DNA from: Erysipelothrix larvae
GTDB taxonomy: Bacteria > Bacillota_I > Bacilli_A > Erysipelotrichales > Erysipelotrichaceae
Direction: 5' to 3'
Length of the DNA stretch: 32,000 nucleotides
NCBI RefSeq assembly: GCF_001545095.1
Contig: NZ_CP013213.1
Coordinates: 480,001 to 512,000 of the forward strand
The translations under genes were made by a program, and so were the position numbers. Shown here piece after piece: positions 16,223 through 24,222 of the stretch (positions are counted from its first letter, which is position 1; each line of letters starts with the position of its first letter). The notes beneath the pieces were generated by a model. It saw only the letters and a list, made by a program, of their open reading frames with translations, was not told where the DNA came from and searched no databases.

Positions 16223-16912
16223 ATGGCAGATAAGCAATTTAAGTCATTATTTGATATTATCGGACCCGTGATGATTGGTCCAAGCAGTTCGCATACTGCA
16301 GGCGCAGTGCGTATTGGAAATATGGCCCGCCATATTTTTAAAGAACTCCCCGATTCAGTCAATATCTATTTGTTTGAATCATTTGCGGAAACATACAAGG
16401 GACATGGAACAAACCTCGCGCTTTTAGGAGGACTTTTGGGAATGAGCCCGGATGATGAACGCATTCAAGATGCAATGCTCTTGGCAAATGAAAAAGGAAT
16501 TGACTATAAGTTTATTCCCCTTGCAGATAAGGTAGAACATCCCAACACTGCGCGCTTTGTCATGCGTAAAGGGAATAAGAAGATGTCAGTAACTGGTGTT
16601 TCTATTGGAGGAGGCAATGCCCAAATTACCCAAATCGACGATTATGATCTTGTGATTCAAAATGGGGTGAGTACCATTGTTACCTATCATAAGGATGTAC
16701 CAGGGGTAATTGCGAAGGTGTCGGTGTTATTGAATGAATACAATATCAACATTGCATCGATGAAGCTTTGGCGTAAACAACGAGGAAAAGATGCATCGAT
16801 GGTCATCGAAGTAGATCAGGTACCAGATGACTTTGATGTGAACTTGTTGTTGCGATGTGAACATATGAAACACATTATTTATGTACAAGGAGACGATCAT
16901 GGATTCGATTAA
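16223..16912 (+). CDS. sdaAB: L-serine dehydratase, iron-sulfur-dependent, beta subunit
   Basis: LFDIIGPVMIGPSSSHTAGA N-terminal motif and a C-terminal ACT-like domain. Followed by the alpha subunit. Confidence 0.9.
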   Translation: MADKQFKSLFDIIGPVMIGPSSSHTAGAVRIGNMARHIFKELPDSVNIYLFESFAETYKGHGTNLALLGGLLGMSPDDERIQDAMLLANEKGIDYKFIPLADKVEHPNTARFVMRKGNKKMSVTGVSIGGGNAQITQIDDYDLVIQNGVSTIVTYHKDVPGVIAKVSVLLNEYNINIASMKLWRKQRGKDASMVIEVDQVPDDFDVNLLLRCEHMKHIIYVQGDDHGFD

Positions 16913-17777
16913 AGCATTGATAGAAGCTGCTAAAGACTATGAATCCTTGGCAGAATGTGCCATTGATTATGAAGTTCAAAACAGTGGCATGACAAAAGAA
17001 CAGGTCTTAAATAAGATGAAATACCAACTGGATACGATGAAGAGAACTGTAGATCAGGGTGTGAATGGTGTGCGTTCTAAAACAGGACTTACAGGTATGG
17101 ATGCAAAAAAATTACATGAATACATCAATACAAAGGATACACTGTGTGATACCACAATCTTAAATGCAGTTCAAAATGCGATTGCAACCAATGAAGTCAA
17201 TGCAGCAATGGGACTCATTTGCGCAACACCCACTGCAGGAAGTGCTGGAGTCGTACCGGGTGTTCTTACATCGCTTCATGAACGATTTAATATGAGTGAA
17301 AAAGAACAACTTGATTTTCTCTTTGTATCCGCAATCTTTGGTTATATCATCGCAAACAATGCATCAATCAGTGGTGCAATGGGTGGATGTCAGGCTGAGA
17401 TTGGAAGTGCCAGTGCTATGGCCAGTGCAGCGTGTGTATGTTATCGCGGAGGGACACCAGAAATGGCAGCGCATGCGCTTGCAATCACCATTAAGAACTT
17501 ATTGGGGCTTGTATGTGATCCGGTTGCAGGATTAGTCGAAGTACCGTGTGTTAAACGAAATGCCTTGGGTGCATCACTCGCACTTGTCAGTGCAGATATG
17601 GCCCTTGCAGGAATCAAAAGTAAGATTGACCCTGATGAGGTTATTGAAACAATGTATCGTGTGGGACAACAAATGGATGCATCATTAAAAGAAACAGGCC
17701 AAGGGGGACTTGCGACAACACCCAGTGGTCTAAAATATACTGAAGAAATCTTTGGTGGAAACCGCGAAGGTTTATAG
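16899..17777 (+). CDS. sdaAA: L-serine dehydratase, iron-sulfur-dependent, alpha subunit
   Basis: Start moved to the ATG at 16899 (GGAG 7 nt upstream). Cys-rich cluster region GGCQAEIGSA...VCDPVAGLVEVPCVKRNA. Confidence 0.9.
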   Translation: MDSIKALIEAAKDYESLAECAIDYEVQNSGMTKEQVLNKMKYQLDTMKRTVDQGVNGVRSKTGLTGMDAKKLHEYINTKDTLCDTTILNAVQNAIATNEVNAAMGLICATPTAGSAGVVPGVLTSLHERFNMSEKEQLDFLFVSAIFGYIIANNASISGAMGGCQAEIGSASAMASAACVCYRGGTPEMAAHALAITIKNLLGLVCDPVAGLVEVPCVKRNALGASLALVSADMALAGIKSKIDPDEVIETMYRVGQQMDASLKETGQGGLATTPSGLKYTEEIFGGNREGL

Positions 17778-17828
17778 ATTAATCTAGTAAAAAAGCATGA
17801 ATTATGGTATTATAATTCATGCAATCAT

Positions 17829-17905
17829 GCACCCGTGGCGCAATAGGATAGCGCATTTGATTCCGGTTCAAAAGGTTGTGGGTTCGATTCCCGCCGGGTG
17901 TACCA
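17829..17905 (+). tRNA. tRNA-Arg (anticodon CCG), CCA encoded
   Basis: Hand-folded cloverleaf. Acceptor GCACCCG/CGGGTGT, D stem GCGC/GCGC, anticodon stem TTTGA/TCAAA with loop TTCCGGT, T arm GTGGG-TTCGATT-CCCGC, then ACCA. Confidence 0.85.
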
Positions 17906-17917
17906 TGAGAGTTTATC

Positions 17918-17949
17918 AAACCCTTGTCTATTAACAGAGAAGGGTTTTT
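17918..17949 (+). terminator. rho-independent terminator after the tRNA
   Basis: AAACCCTT / AAGGGTTT stem with inner TCT/AGA pairs, followed by a T-run. Confidence 0.7.
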
Positions 17950-18077
17950 GTATGTTTCACATCATGAGGTGTGGGAGCGCGAAAACAATATCGAAATCAT
18001 GACTCGAGGCAAAGGAACAGTAAGCGCTTGCATTGTTTGTGTGTGTGATACTATATTCGTGATAATAAAGGGGGAAC

Positions 18078-18660
18078 ATGATATTTCATCCATAGTTTTA
18101 TAACACTAATTGTCATTGCATCGAGTTTATCCTTGTTTGGTGCTCAAAATATATCTGTTAAGCCTGATGAGACTTTTTTTAGAATCTATATCGAAGATTA
18201 TATTATCCAGTACGTGGTATAAGTGGTACTATTTCTACAGCAATTATGCTTACATACAGGGATGACTATGTAGACGATGGTATGATTCTCAAATTCTATG
18301 AGGACAAGAAATAGTTCAACACAAGGAACTTTGATCAAGTCTCTATTTCCATATATTGACACGGGAAGAAATGGTAACCGACCGATTTACCTTAATACTG
18401 GTTTACAATATTGGACTCAAAAGAATTCTACTTCTTTTGATGCAATGAATGGCGCTTTTCCACCTTTTATAGTCTCGAAAAGAATGATTAATAAGGGTTA
18501 TCCAGTGATGGTGGGAACTCTTAAACTTAACCACTCCGATAATGACAACCATTGGGTTCGTGCATATCGGTATCAAGATAACGGATCAAGGACCCGTTAT
18601 TATTGAGCAATAACTCATGGAGGTACAGATAATGGCATCATAAAGGTAGAGAAGTTGTAG
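18078..18660 (+). pseudogene. decayed secreted papain-fold (C39-like?) peptidase gene, multiple frameshifts and stops
   Basis: ATG behind AAAGGGGGA stops after 4 codons. A signal-peptide-like segment, a GISGTISTAIMLTY segment, a 102-aa segment ending DNHWVRAYRYQDN (His-motif-like) and a tail are spread over three frames. The family call is tentative. Confidence 0.4.
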
Positions 18661-18688
18661 GTTTGTATAGAAAATAGGAGAATTGGAT

Positions 18689-19246
18689 GTGAACCGAAAG
18701 AAAAGTGTCATAATAATCGCTATAGTTTTTGTATTTTTTGCACTGTTTATCACAATAAAGGAAACTGTTTATCCAAGATTTCGGTATATAGACTCTTACC
18801 CGTGTACAGCGTTCAAACAAGATTACGGCGTTAACGTCGAAGCGCTAGACAACAACTGTGAAGCGTCAACCATTAAAAATTTTGTATTTTTTAATCCCAT
18901 TGAAAATAAAGTTGCAGGGAGAAATTCGCTGAATGATACCTTGTACTTCTATGAACTCGAAGCCTCAAACACTGGACGTTTTTTAAAATTATCAGACACT
19001 TTAATCCATGAAGTTGTTGATACAGAAACATTAACCAAAGAGAACTTTGACATTTCAATCATCTATGGAAATGCAATCGAAGGGGATATTGAAAGTGGGA
19101 AGATTTCAATCGAATTAAACGATACTCAAGACAATCACACCATTAGAATCCATATATTTAGCAATGCCCACTTCGAAAAGGATAAACCGATAGATAATGA
19201 AGTAGTTCAAGAAGTTTTATCAATCGTCAATTCACTTTTGAATTAA
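18689..19246 (+). CDS. hypothetical membrane-anchored protein
   Basis: ORF 18683..19246. GTG at 18689 sits 8 nt after AGGAG, whereas the TTG at 18683 is only 2 nt after it. One N-terminal TM helix. No family recognised. Confidence 0.5.
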   Translation: MNRKKSVIIIAIVFVFFALFITIKETVYPRFRYIDSYPCTAFKQDYGVNVEALDNNCEASTIKNFVFFNPIENKVAGRNSLNDTLYFYELEASNTGRFLKLSDTLIHEVVDTETLTKENFDISIIYGNAIEGDIESGKISIELNDTQDNHTIRIHIFSNAHFEKDKPIDNEVVQEVLSIVNSLLN

Positions 19247-19556
19247 AATGATCATACAGCAACCGATTATTGGTTTTTACGTAGGGTATCAACCAAAATT
19301 ATAAAAAATAACGCTTCATGTATCGAAATTAATCAAAATTTCAGAACAAGAAGCGTTTTATTATGGTGATGCATCGCATTACTATGGATGGACCACTTCT
19401 ATAATAAGGGTTTGAGCATTGCATGGTCATTACACATCGAAGTTTATCAAAACCTTATCTATGATACAATACTGGTTGCCTTTTGCATGTTTTAGAAAAG
19501 TATTGATGCGACATCCGCATTTATTGATATACTAAAATAAAGCGGGGATTACAAAA

Positions 19557-20432
19557 ATGATCAAATTAAAACAATGGTTTAGACCTACCAAGAATAAAAT
19601 TATTGGTTCTGTTGGTGTGGGATTTATAGCAGTAGCTGTGGTATTTGGAATACATGTTGTAAATCTACAAAATATTGCGCGTGAACGAGCGAGGCAATCA
19701 GATCTACTAAAGTCTGTTGAGATCATTCAACTTCAAACAGACCTCGAATACGGTCAAGAATACCTGGTGTCTGATTTAATTGAAATTAAAAATCAGGATG
19801 ACGTGACTGTTGAGGTTGTGAATTATGATCTATCACTGAGTGATGATTCAACCGCTCGATTTACTGGAATGGGTGAACAAGTCATCATCTTCTCATTATC
19901 ATACATGGACTCAAGTAATACACGTGAATTAACTTATGAAGTTAAAGACACACAATTTCCTGTGTTTGATGGAGTGACAGATTATGAAATCACAGGTGGC
20001 GATTCACTTGATTACAAATCGAACATTAAAGCTACAGATCCAATTGACGGTGATCTTGAAGTGTTATTCTCTGGAGATGTTGATGTCAACAAAGTGGGAA
20101 CATATGGCGTAAAAGCAACTGCAACTGATATTAATGGAAATAGTTCAGAAAAAGAATTTCAAATTGTTGTGAAAGATAAAGAAGTTGTTCAAGCGGAAAC
20201 ACCGACTGAACAAAATAAACCATCCACAAGCAATACCAAATCCTCAGCCAATACAGAAAGCACATGCAAGCCGCTTATTTGGAACAGTGGGAAAGTATTT
20301 GACAGCGAAGAAGAGGCAATTGCTTATGGTGATGAGTACATTACAACCAATTGGCGTACTGCAAGTTCATATACTTGGATTAGCTCATGTGGTAATACGA
20401 AATTTACAATCGAATTTGAATATAGAGATTAG
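19557..20432 (+). CDS. hypothetical membrane-anchored protein with Ig-like (DUF5011-style) domain and Cys-containing C-terminal domain
   Basis: N-terminal TM. ATDPIDGDLEV...GTYGVKATATDINGNSSEKEF resembles the Ig-like segment of the 12373 gene product. T/S/P/N-rich linker. C-terminal ~55 aa with two Cys. Confidence 0.55.
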   Translation: MIKLKQWFRPTKNKIIGSVGVGFIAVAVVFGIHVVNLQNIARERARQSDLLKSVEIIQLQTDLEYGQEYLVSDLIEIKNQDDVTVEVVNYDLSLSDDSTARFTGMGEQVIIFSLSYMDSSNTRELTYEVKDTQFPVFDGVTDYEITGGDSLDYKSNIKATDPIDGDLEVLFSGDVDVNKVGTYGVKATATDINGNSSEKEFQIVVKDKEVVQAETPTEQNKPSTSNTKSSANTESTCKPLIWNSGKVFDSEEEAIAYGDEYITTNWRTASSYTWISSCGNTKFTIEFEYRD

Positions 20433-20532
20433 GAATAATGATTCTTAATCCGATTTCTCTTCACACAAAGGATAACGCTCCAATCGATACCAAGAATATG
20501 TTGACATGAACACCGTGTCATACTTTATGATG

Positions 20533-20576
20533 AAAGTGCAAAAAGCAATCATGACAGTTGCGGTTGCACTTTTTTT
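20533..20576 (+). terminator. rho-independent terminator (of the 19557 gene)
   Basis: AAAGTGCAA / TTGCACTTT outer stem, inner GCAA/TTGC stem, T7 run. Confidence 0.6.
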
Positions 20577-20787
20577 GGAGGTGGCTTGGAACGCGAGTAC
20601 ATTCAAATGATATGCAGATTGATGATTGGGAGTACTCGGTGGGGTTTAGATAATAATCGGACAGGAGGAAGGTATTAATAGGGGGATAAGAATACATAGA
20701 TTATAAGGAAATGCAAGGGGTCTATTTCACGATGGTGATCCCTAAGATGGTACAAGTCTAGCAAACTAAACATAGAACGGAGGCAAC

Positions 20788-21255
20788 ATGAAATATAAAG
20801 GAACAATGCTTGTGGTGAAAGATATTGAAGCATCAAAGTGTTTTTACACAGAGGTTTTAGGATTACGGGTCATTTCAGATTTTATAGAGAATGTAACCTT
20901 TACAGGAGGCGTTTCTGTACAAACAGAAGCATCATGGATGCAGTTTACAGGGTGTGATGAATCTTTCTTTCAATATCAAGGAAATGTTATGGAGGTATAT
21001 TATGAAACAGAAGATTTCGATGGTTTTGTTAGTCGAGCCAAAGATCTAAAGGTAGCATTTATAGGAAACGAATCCATGATGCCTTGGGGACAGAAAGTTG
21101 TGCGGTTTTATGATCCGGACAAACATATTATTGAAGTCGGTGAAGCATTGAAAGAAATGGTGAAGCGCTACGCTCAAGAAGGATTGAGTGTGGATGCGAT
21201 CGTAGAGAAAACGATGATGAAAAAAGGCATCGTTGAACGGTTTTTGAAAGGTTAA
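20788..21255 (+). CDS. VOC (glyoxalase / bleomycin-resistance / dioxygenase) family protein
   Basis: N-terminal LVVKDIEASKCFYTEVLGLRV pattern. 155 aa. GGAGG Shine-Dalgarno. Confidence 0.65.
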   Translation: MKYKGTMLVVKDIEASKCFYTEVLGLRVISDFIENVTFTGGVSVQTEASWMQFTGCDESFFQYQGNVMEVYYETEDFDGFVSRAKDLKVAFIGNESMMPWGQKVVRFYDPDKHIIEVGEALKEMVKRYAQEGLSVDAIVEKTMMKKGIVERFLKG

Positions 21256-21266
21256 GGGAGAAAACG

Positions 21267-21740
21267 ATGTTGAATACATATGAAGAAGCAATGAAGCGGT
21301 TGGATGAACAAATTGGAAACAAAGATGGGCTCTTTGCACTGTCTACAATCTCACAAAATAAAGGTCCCAACGGCGCGTGCATTCCTGCTGCACGTCTTGT
21401 AGATGCTTATTATGAAGAGGGTGCGCTATATATTGTTACACATGCGAAATCAAATAAAATGCTTGAGATTGCTGAAAACCCAGAAGTTGCAATCTGCGTT
21501 ATTGTTGAGAATTTTACCGCAAATGGCAAGGCTGAGAATTTAGGGTGGGTTTTGAATCCACAAAATGAAGTGATTATTGAGAAATTGCGTCAGATATTCG
21601 CTGAGTGGTATTATGTCGCAAATAATGAAGCAGACGAGAACTGTTGCATCATGAAAGTCACACTGACAAAAGGACTTTGGTATGATGCGCATGAAGGGAC
21701 TCGCACTGAAATTGACTTTATCAATAAGACGGTAGTATAG
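21267..21740 (+). CDS. pyridoxamine 5'-phosphate oxidase-like FMN-binding family protein
   Basis: Size and split-barrel-like pattern (LSTIS...ARLVDAYYEEGALYIVTHAKSNKMLEIAENPEVAI). 12 nt after the VOC gene. Confidence 0.5.
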   Translation: MLNTYEEAMKRLDEQIGNKDGLFALSTISQNKGPNGACIPAARLVDAYYEEGALYIVTHAKSNKMLEIAENPEVAICVIVENFTANGKAENLGWVLNPQNEVIIEKLRQIFAEWYYVANNEADENCCIMKVTLTKGLWYDAHEGTRTEIDFINKTVV

Positions 21741-22019
21741 CAGCTTATTGGATGCTTCTTTTATAAGATTTATAGAAGAAATTGCGACTTAATGCCAAGA
21801 GTATTTGGATTTATTGACTCCACATAATGGTGTTACGATCGAAGCGATTCAAAGTTGATTAACGTGGACTGTTTCAGTATCATATTAGACCAAAACACGG
21901 TTCCGTATAACATTTCATGTGATGCGTGTTTTTTGCTTCAGTTGGTTATGGCATCTCACCATTTATACCATAAATGCATCATCATATACGTTACGATTCA
22001 ATCTAAATCAAACTACAGA

Positions 22020-22049
22020 TTGAACCGAGCTTTCTTCGTGTGATACAAT
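22020..22049 (+). promoter_or_regulatory. sigma-A type promoter with TG-extended -10
   Basis: TTGAAC (22020-22025), 18 nt, TG-A-TACAAT (22041-22049). Confidence 0.5.
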
Positions 22050-22083
22050 TAACAAAACTAAAACGTTGTGGAGGATAAAAAGC

Positions 22084-22545
22084 ATGCGTAAAGCTGAGTG
22101 GTATGAGGGAAAAGAAGGGATTGCCCAGCATTTAGTATATTTGAATGCAAAAGCAAAAGAGTTAGAGAAATTAGTTCATAAGGATAAGACCATGATTATT
22201 CGTGGTGCAGCAGGTCGAAAGTGCCCATTAGGTGGTAGAGCTAAAGTCAATGATGTCATTTATTTTGTTGAAACTGGAGGAGACATGATGGTTACTCATA
22301 AAGGTATCATTTCAAAAGTAATTGAGAGTGAAAAAATGACCCCCGATGAATCGATTGCTTTTATAAAGATTTATGAACAAGAATTAAATCTTTCAAAAGA
22401 CCAATATAAAAGATGGGCCGGAAAGCGATTTTTGGCTGTTTATGAAATATCTCTGTTGCAAGAGATTGAGCCATTTAAGTATAACAGAGAAAACAATATG
22501 GATGATTGGATTATAACAGATGATATCAATAAGATAAAACTGTAG
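22084..22545 (+). CDS. hypothetical protein (possibly PUA/ASCH-like beta-barrel; not recognised with confidence)
   Basis: Start moved to the ATG at 22084 (GGAGGA 8 nt upstream). 153 aa. KTMIIRGAAGRKCPLGGRAKVNDVIYFVE core. Confidence 0.45.
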   Translation: MRKAEWYEGKEGIAQHLVYLNAKAKELEKLVHKDKTMIIRGAAGRKCPLGGRAKVNDVIYFVETGGDMMVTHKGIISKVIESEKMTPDESIAFIKIYEQELNLSKDQYKRWAGKRFLAVYEISLLQEIEPFKYNRENNMDDWIITDDINKIKL

Positions 22546-22702
22546 AATAAAGTCAATACAGACAAATTTCAGAGTGTGAAACACGTCAAAGTATATCGAT
22601 AATAATTGAGCAGTCAGGGAAGTGTTTGTATAAAAATAGAGATTAAAAACGTGTTTAGGGACTGGTTTTCCAAATAAGACTCAAGGAACCCTTGAAACCA
22701 AT

Positions 22703-22730
22703 ATGATCAAAGTGCCTTTGATCATTTTTT
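22703..22730 (+). terminator. rho-independent terminator between convergent genes
   Basis: ATGATCAAAG-TGC-CTTTGATCAT 10-bp perfect stem plus a T6 run. Confidence 0.8.
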
Positions 22731-22760
22731 ATACTCGCTACTGATAAAAAACATGAGGAG

Positions 22761-24044
22761 TTATTGGCCAATTTTTTTCTTAAATGAAGTGACATATTGA
22801 TCAAACCACATTAATAATTTATAAGAACGCCCACTTTCGTTAATGGGAACATAGTGGTTGTATTGACCACTTTCATAGCGTTTTAGGATATTGTGGGAGT
22901 CGCGGATGATTTCTATATCATCAATACACCGTATGGAGACTAAGCCATTGTTTTCAATGAATATATAAGCGAAAATTGGATCAATATAATTTAAGAGCTC
23001 TGGAGTATTAAAGGTCATCATTACTTGTGCTGATGTTTTTTGAGTGATGTTTTTGATGAAATACTTGAGTGTTTCTGAGCTGAATAAAGCATCCATATCA
23101 TCATAAACAACTGCATTGCCTACAAGCAAGTCGAGTAGGGCAAAACAAAACTCAAGAAAACTAAAGTAGCTTTTTGGAAGTTGGTGGTTTTGTGCTAATT
23201 GAACTTGATCACCAACTTTGATATAGGTCATCAGTTGATACGCTAATTTACCATCTTTTTGTTTTTCATATTTATAACGCACATGATCAATGTTTGGATA
23301 TAACACTTTCGCAACTTGAGTTACAAGAACACCCCCAGCGTTTTGAAATAATTCAAATTCAGAAGGACTGATGCCATGGGTTGCATAGACGCTTTGATTC
23401 TCAACGATATTAAAGTGGTCTTGATGATTGAACGATTCATGTTGAAGGTGATAACGACCCAAACGTTTCAGAAATTCACAAAGGTGATTTTTAGGGTGAA
23501 TAATGTCTTCGCGATACCCATAGTAAATGAGTGATAGGAAGGTATAGTTTTGGATGTGTTCGTTGAATTGACGTCTGAGCCAAGGTTCCATGGATTTTGA
23601 GAATTCTTGATCACAAAGGTATAACGCATGCCCGGTATAAGAAAAAAGCACGTGGAAATTGCCACGGACTTTCCTAAAGAGGACTTCTTTTTCAAGGGTT
23701 CCTTCTGGAGTAAACTCAAGTGTATAAATATATAATTCTTTATCAATGATGAGTTCATAGTGTATTTTTAAAGCCCCTTTAGCACCAAGACGGGTGTGTT
23801 GTTGCGCGTGTTGTCTTAGATTAAAGGGTTGGACAGTGCTGTTTGATTGGTGAATACGGAAATTATACAAAAAAGCATCCGTGGTGCATTTTAGAAATCC
23901 AAGGGCATAGATGATGGATGTTTTCCCAACACCGTTGTCACCGAAAAAGAAAGCGGCTTGTTTTAATGAACCACGTCGAGTTCTGAACGAAATCTCTTCA
24001 TTACTTAGATTTCTGAAGTTTTCAGTGTATAGTTTTGAAAACAT
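22761..24044 (-). CDS. AAA_21/AAA_15-type (ABC-like, RecF/SMC-related) ATPase, orphan
   Basis: N-terminal ENFRNLS...FFFGDNGVGKTS (Walker A). Walker B-like VVYDDMD. QVMMTFNTPELL in place of the Q..TTHSP..L segment. C-terminal ILKRYESGQY tail. GGAGG Shine-Dalgarno. Confidence 0.7.
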   Translation of the reverse strand: MFSKLYTENFRNLSNEEISFRTRRGSLKQAAFFFGDNGVGKTSIIYALGFLKCTTDAFLYNFRIHQSNSTVQPFNLRQHAQQHTRLGAKGALKIHYELIIDKELYIYTLEFTPEGTLEKEVLFRKVRGNFHVLFSYTGHALYLCDQEFSKSMEPWLRRQFNEHIQNYTFLSLIYYGYREDIIHPKNHLCEFLKRLGRYHLQHESFNHQDHFNIVENQSVYATHGISPSEFELFQNAGGVLVTQVAKVLYPNIDHVRYKYEKQKDGKLAYQLMTYIKVGDQVQLAQNHQLPKSYFSFLEFCFALLDLLVGNAVVYDDMDALFSSETLKYFIKNITQKTSAQVMMTFNTPELLNYIDPIFAYIFIENNGLVSIRCIDDIEIIRDSHNILKRYESGQYNHYVPINESGRSYKLLMWFDQYVTSFKKKIGQ

Positions 24045-24085
24045 AACGCACCTCCTTTTTGTGTATCAATAATTTTGATACCTTG

Positions 24086-24113
24086 AGTATAGCAAATTCG
24101 TATCGCATAGCAA
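24086..24113 (-). promoter_or_regulatory. candidate promoter of the ATPase gene
   Basis: On the minus strand: TTGCTA (24113-24108), 16 nt, TATACT (24091-24086). Confidence 0.4.
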
Positions 24114-24184
24114 CGAATATGATTATAAGAGTTTGTGCGCGTTTTAACATTATAAAAAGTGCGTTTGGATTCAGGGTACGCATC

Positions 24185-24217
24185 AAAAAGCCGTTTGCAC
24201 CAATCGTGCAAGCGGCT
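24185..24217 (-). terminator. rho-independent terminator of the adhesin gene
   Basis: Minus strand: AGCCGCTTGCAC / GTGCAAACGGCT 12-bp stem (one mismatch), 5-nt loop, T5 run. Starts 6 nt after the TAA at 24223-24225. Confidence 0.75.
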
Positions 24218-24222
24218 AAGGA

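Noticed and set aside
17965-18010. Apparent similarity between the sequence after the tRNA terminator (GAGGTGTGGGAGCGCGAAAAC...) and the sequence after the 20533 terminator (GAGGTGGCTTGGAACGCGAGTAC...).
   Set aside because: Only short patches match by eye and need gaps. I cannot establish significance without an alignment tool.
20500-20787. Possible riboswitch or attenuator leader upstream of the VOC/PNPOx pair (a hairpin plus T7 at 20533-20576 followed by about 200 nt).
   Set aside because: The hairpin is explained more simply as the terminator of the upstream 19557..20432 gene. I recognise no riboswitch core motif in the remaining 200 nt.
24005-24211. 68-aa minus-strand ORF, and the 24059..24370 plus-strand ORF, between the ATPase and the adhesin.
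   Set aside because: They cover the terminator, promoter and Shine-Dalgarno of real genes and the adhesin tail. They have no ribosome-binding sites and an implausible composition.
17829-24222. An integrated mobile element or genomic island at tRNA-Arg.
   Set aside because: There are no integrase, recombinase, conjugation or phage genes, and no repeat of the tRNA 3' end itself. Only the weaker 22-nt flank repeat is reported.
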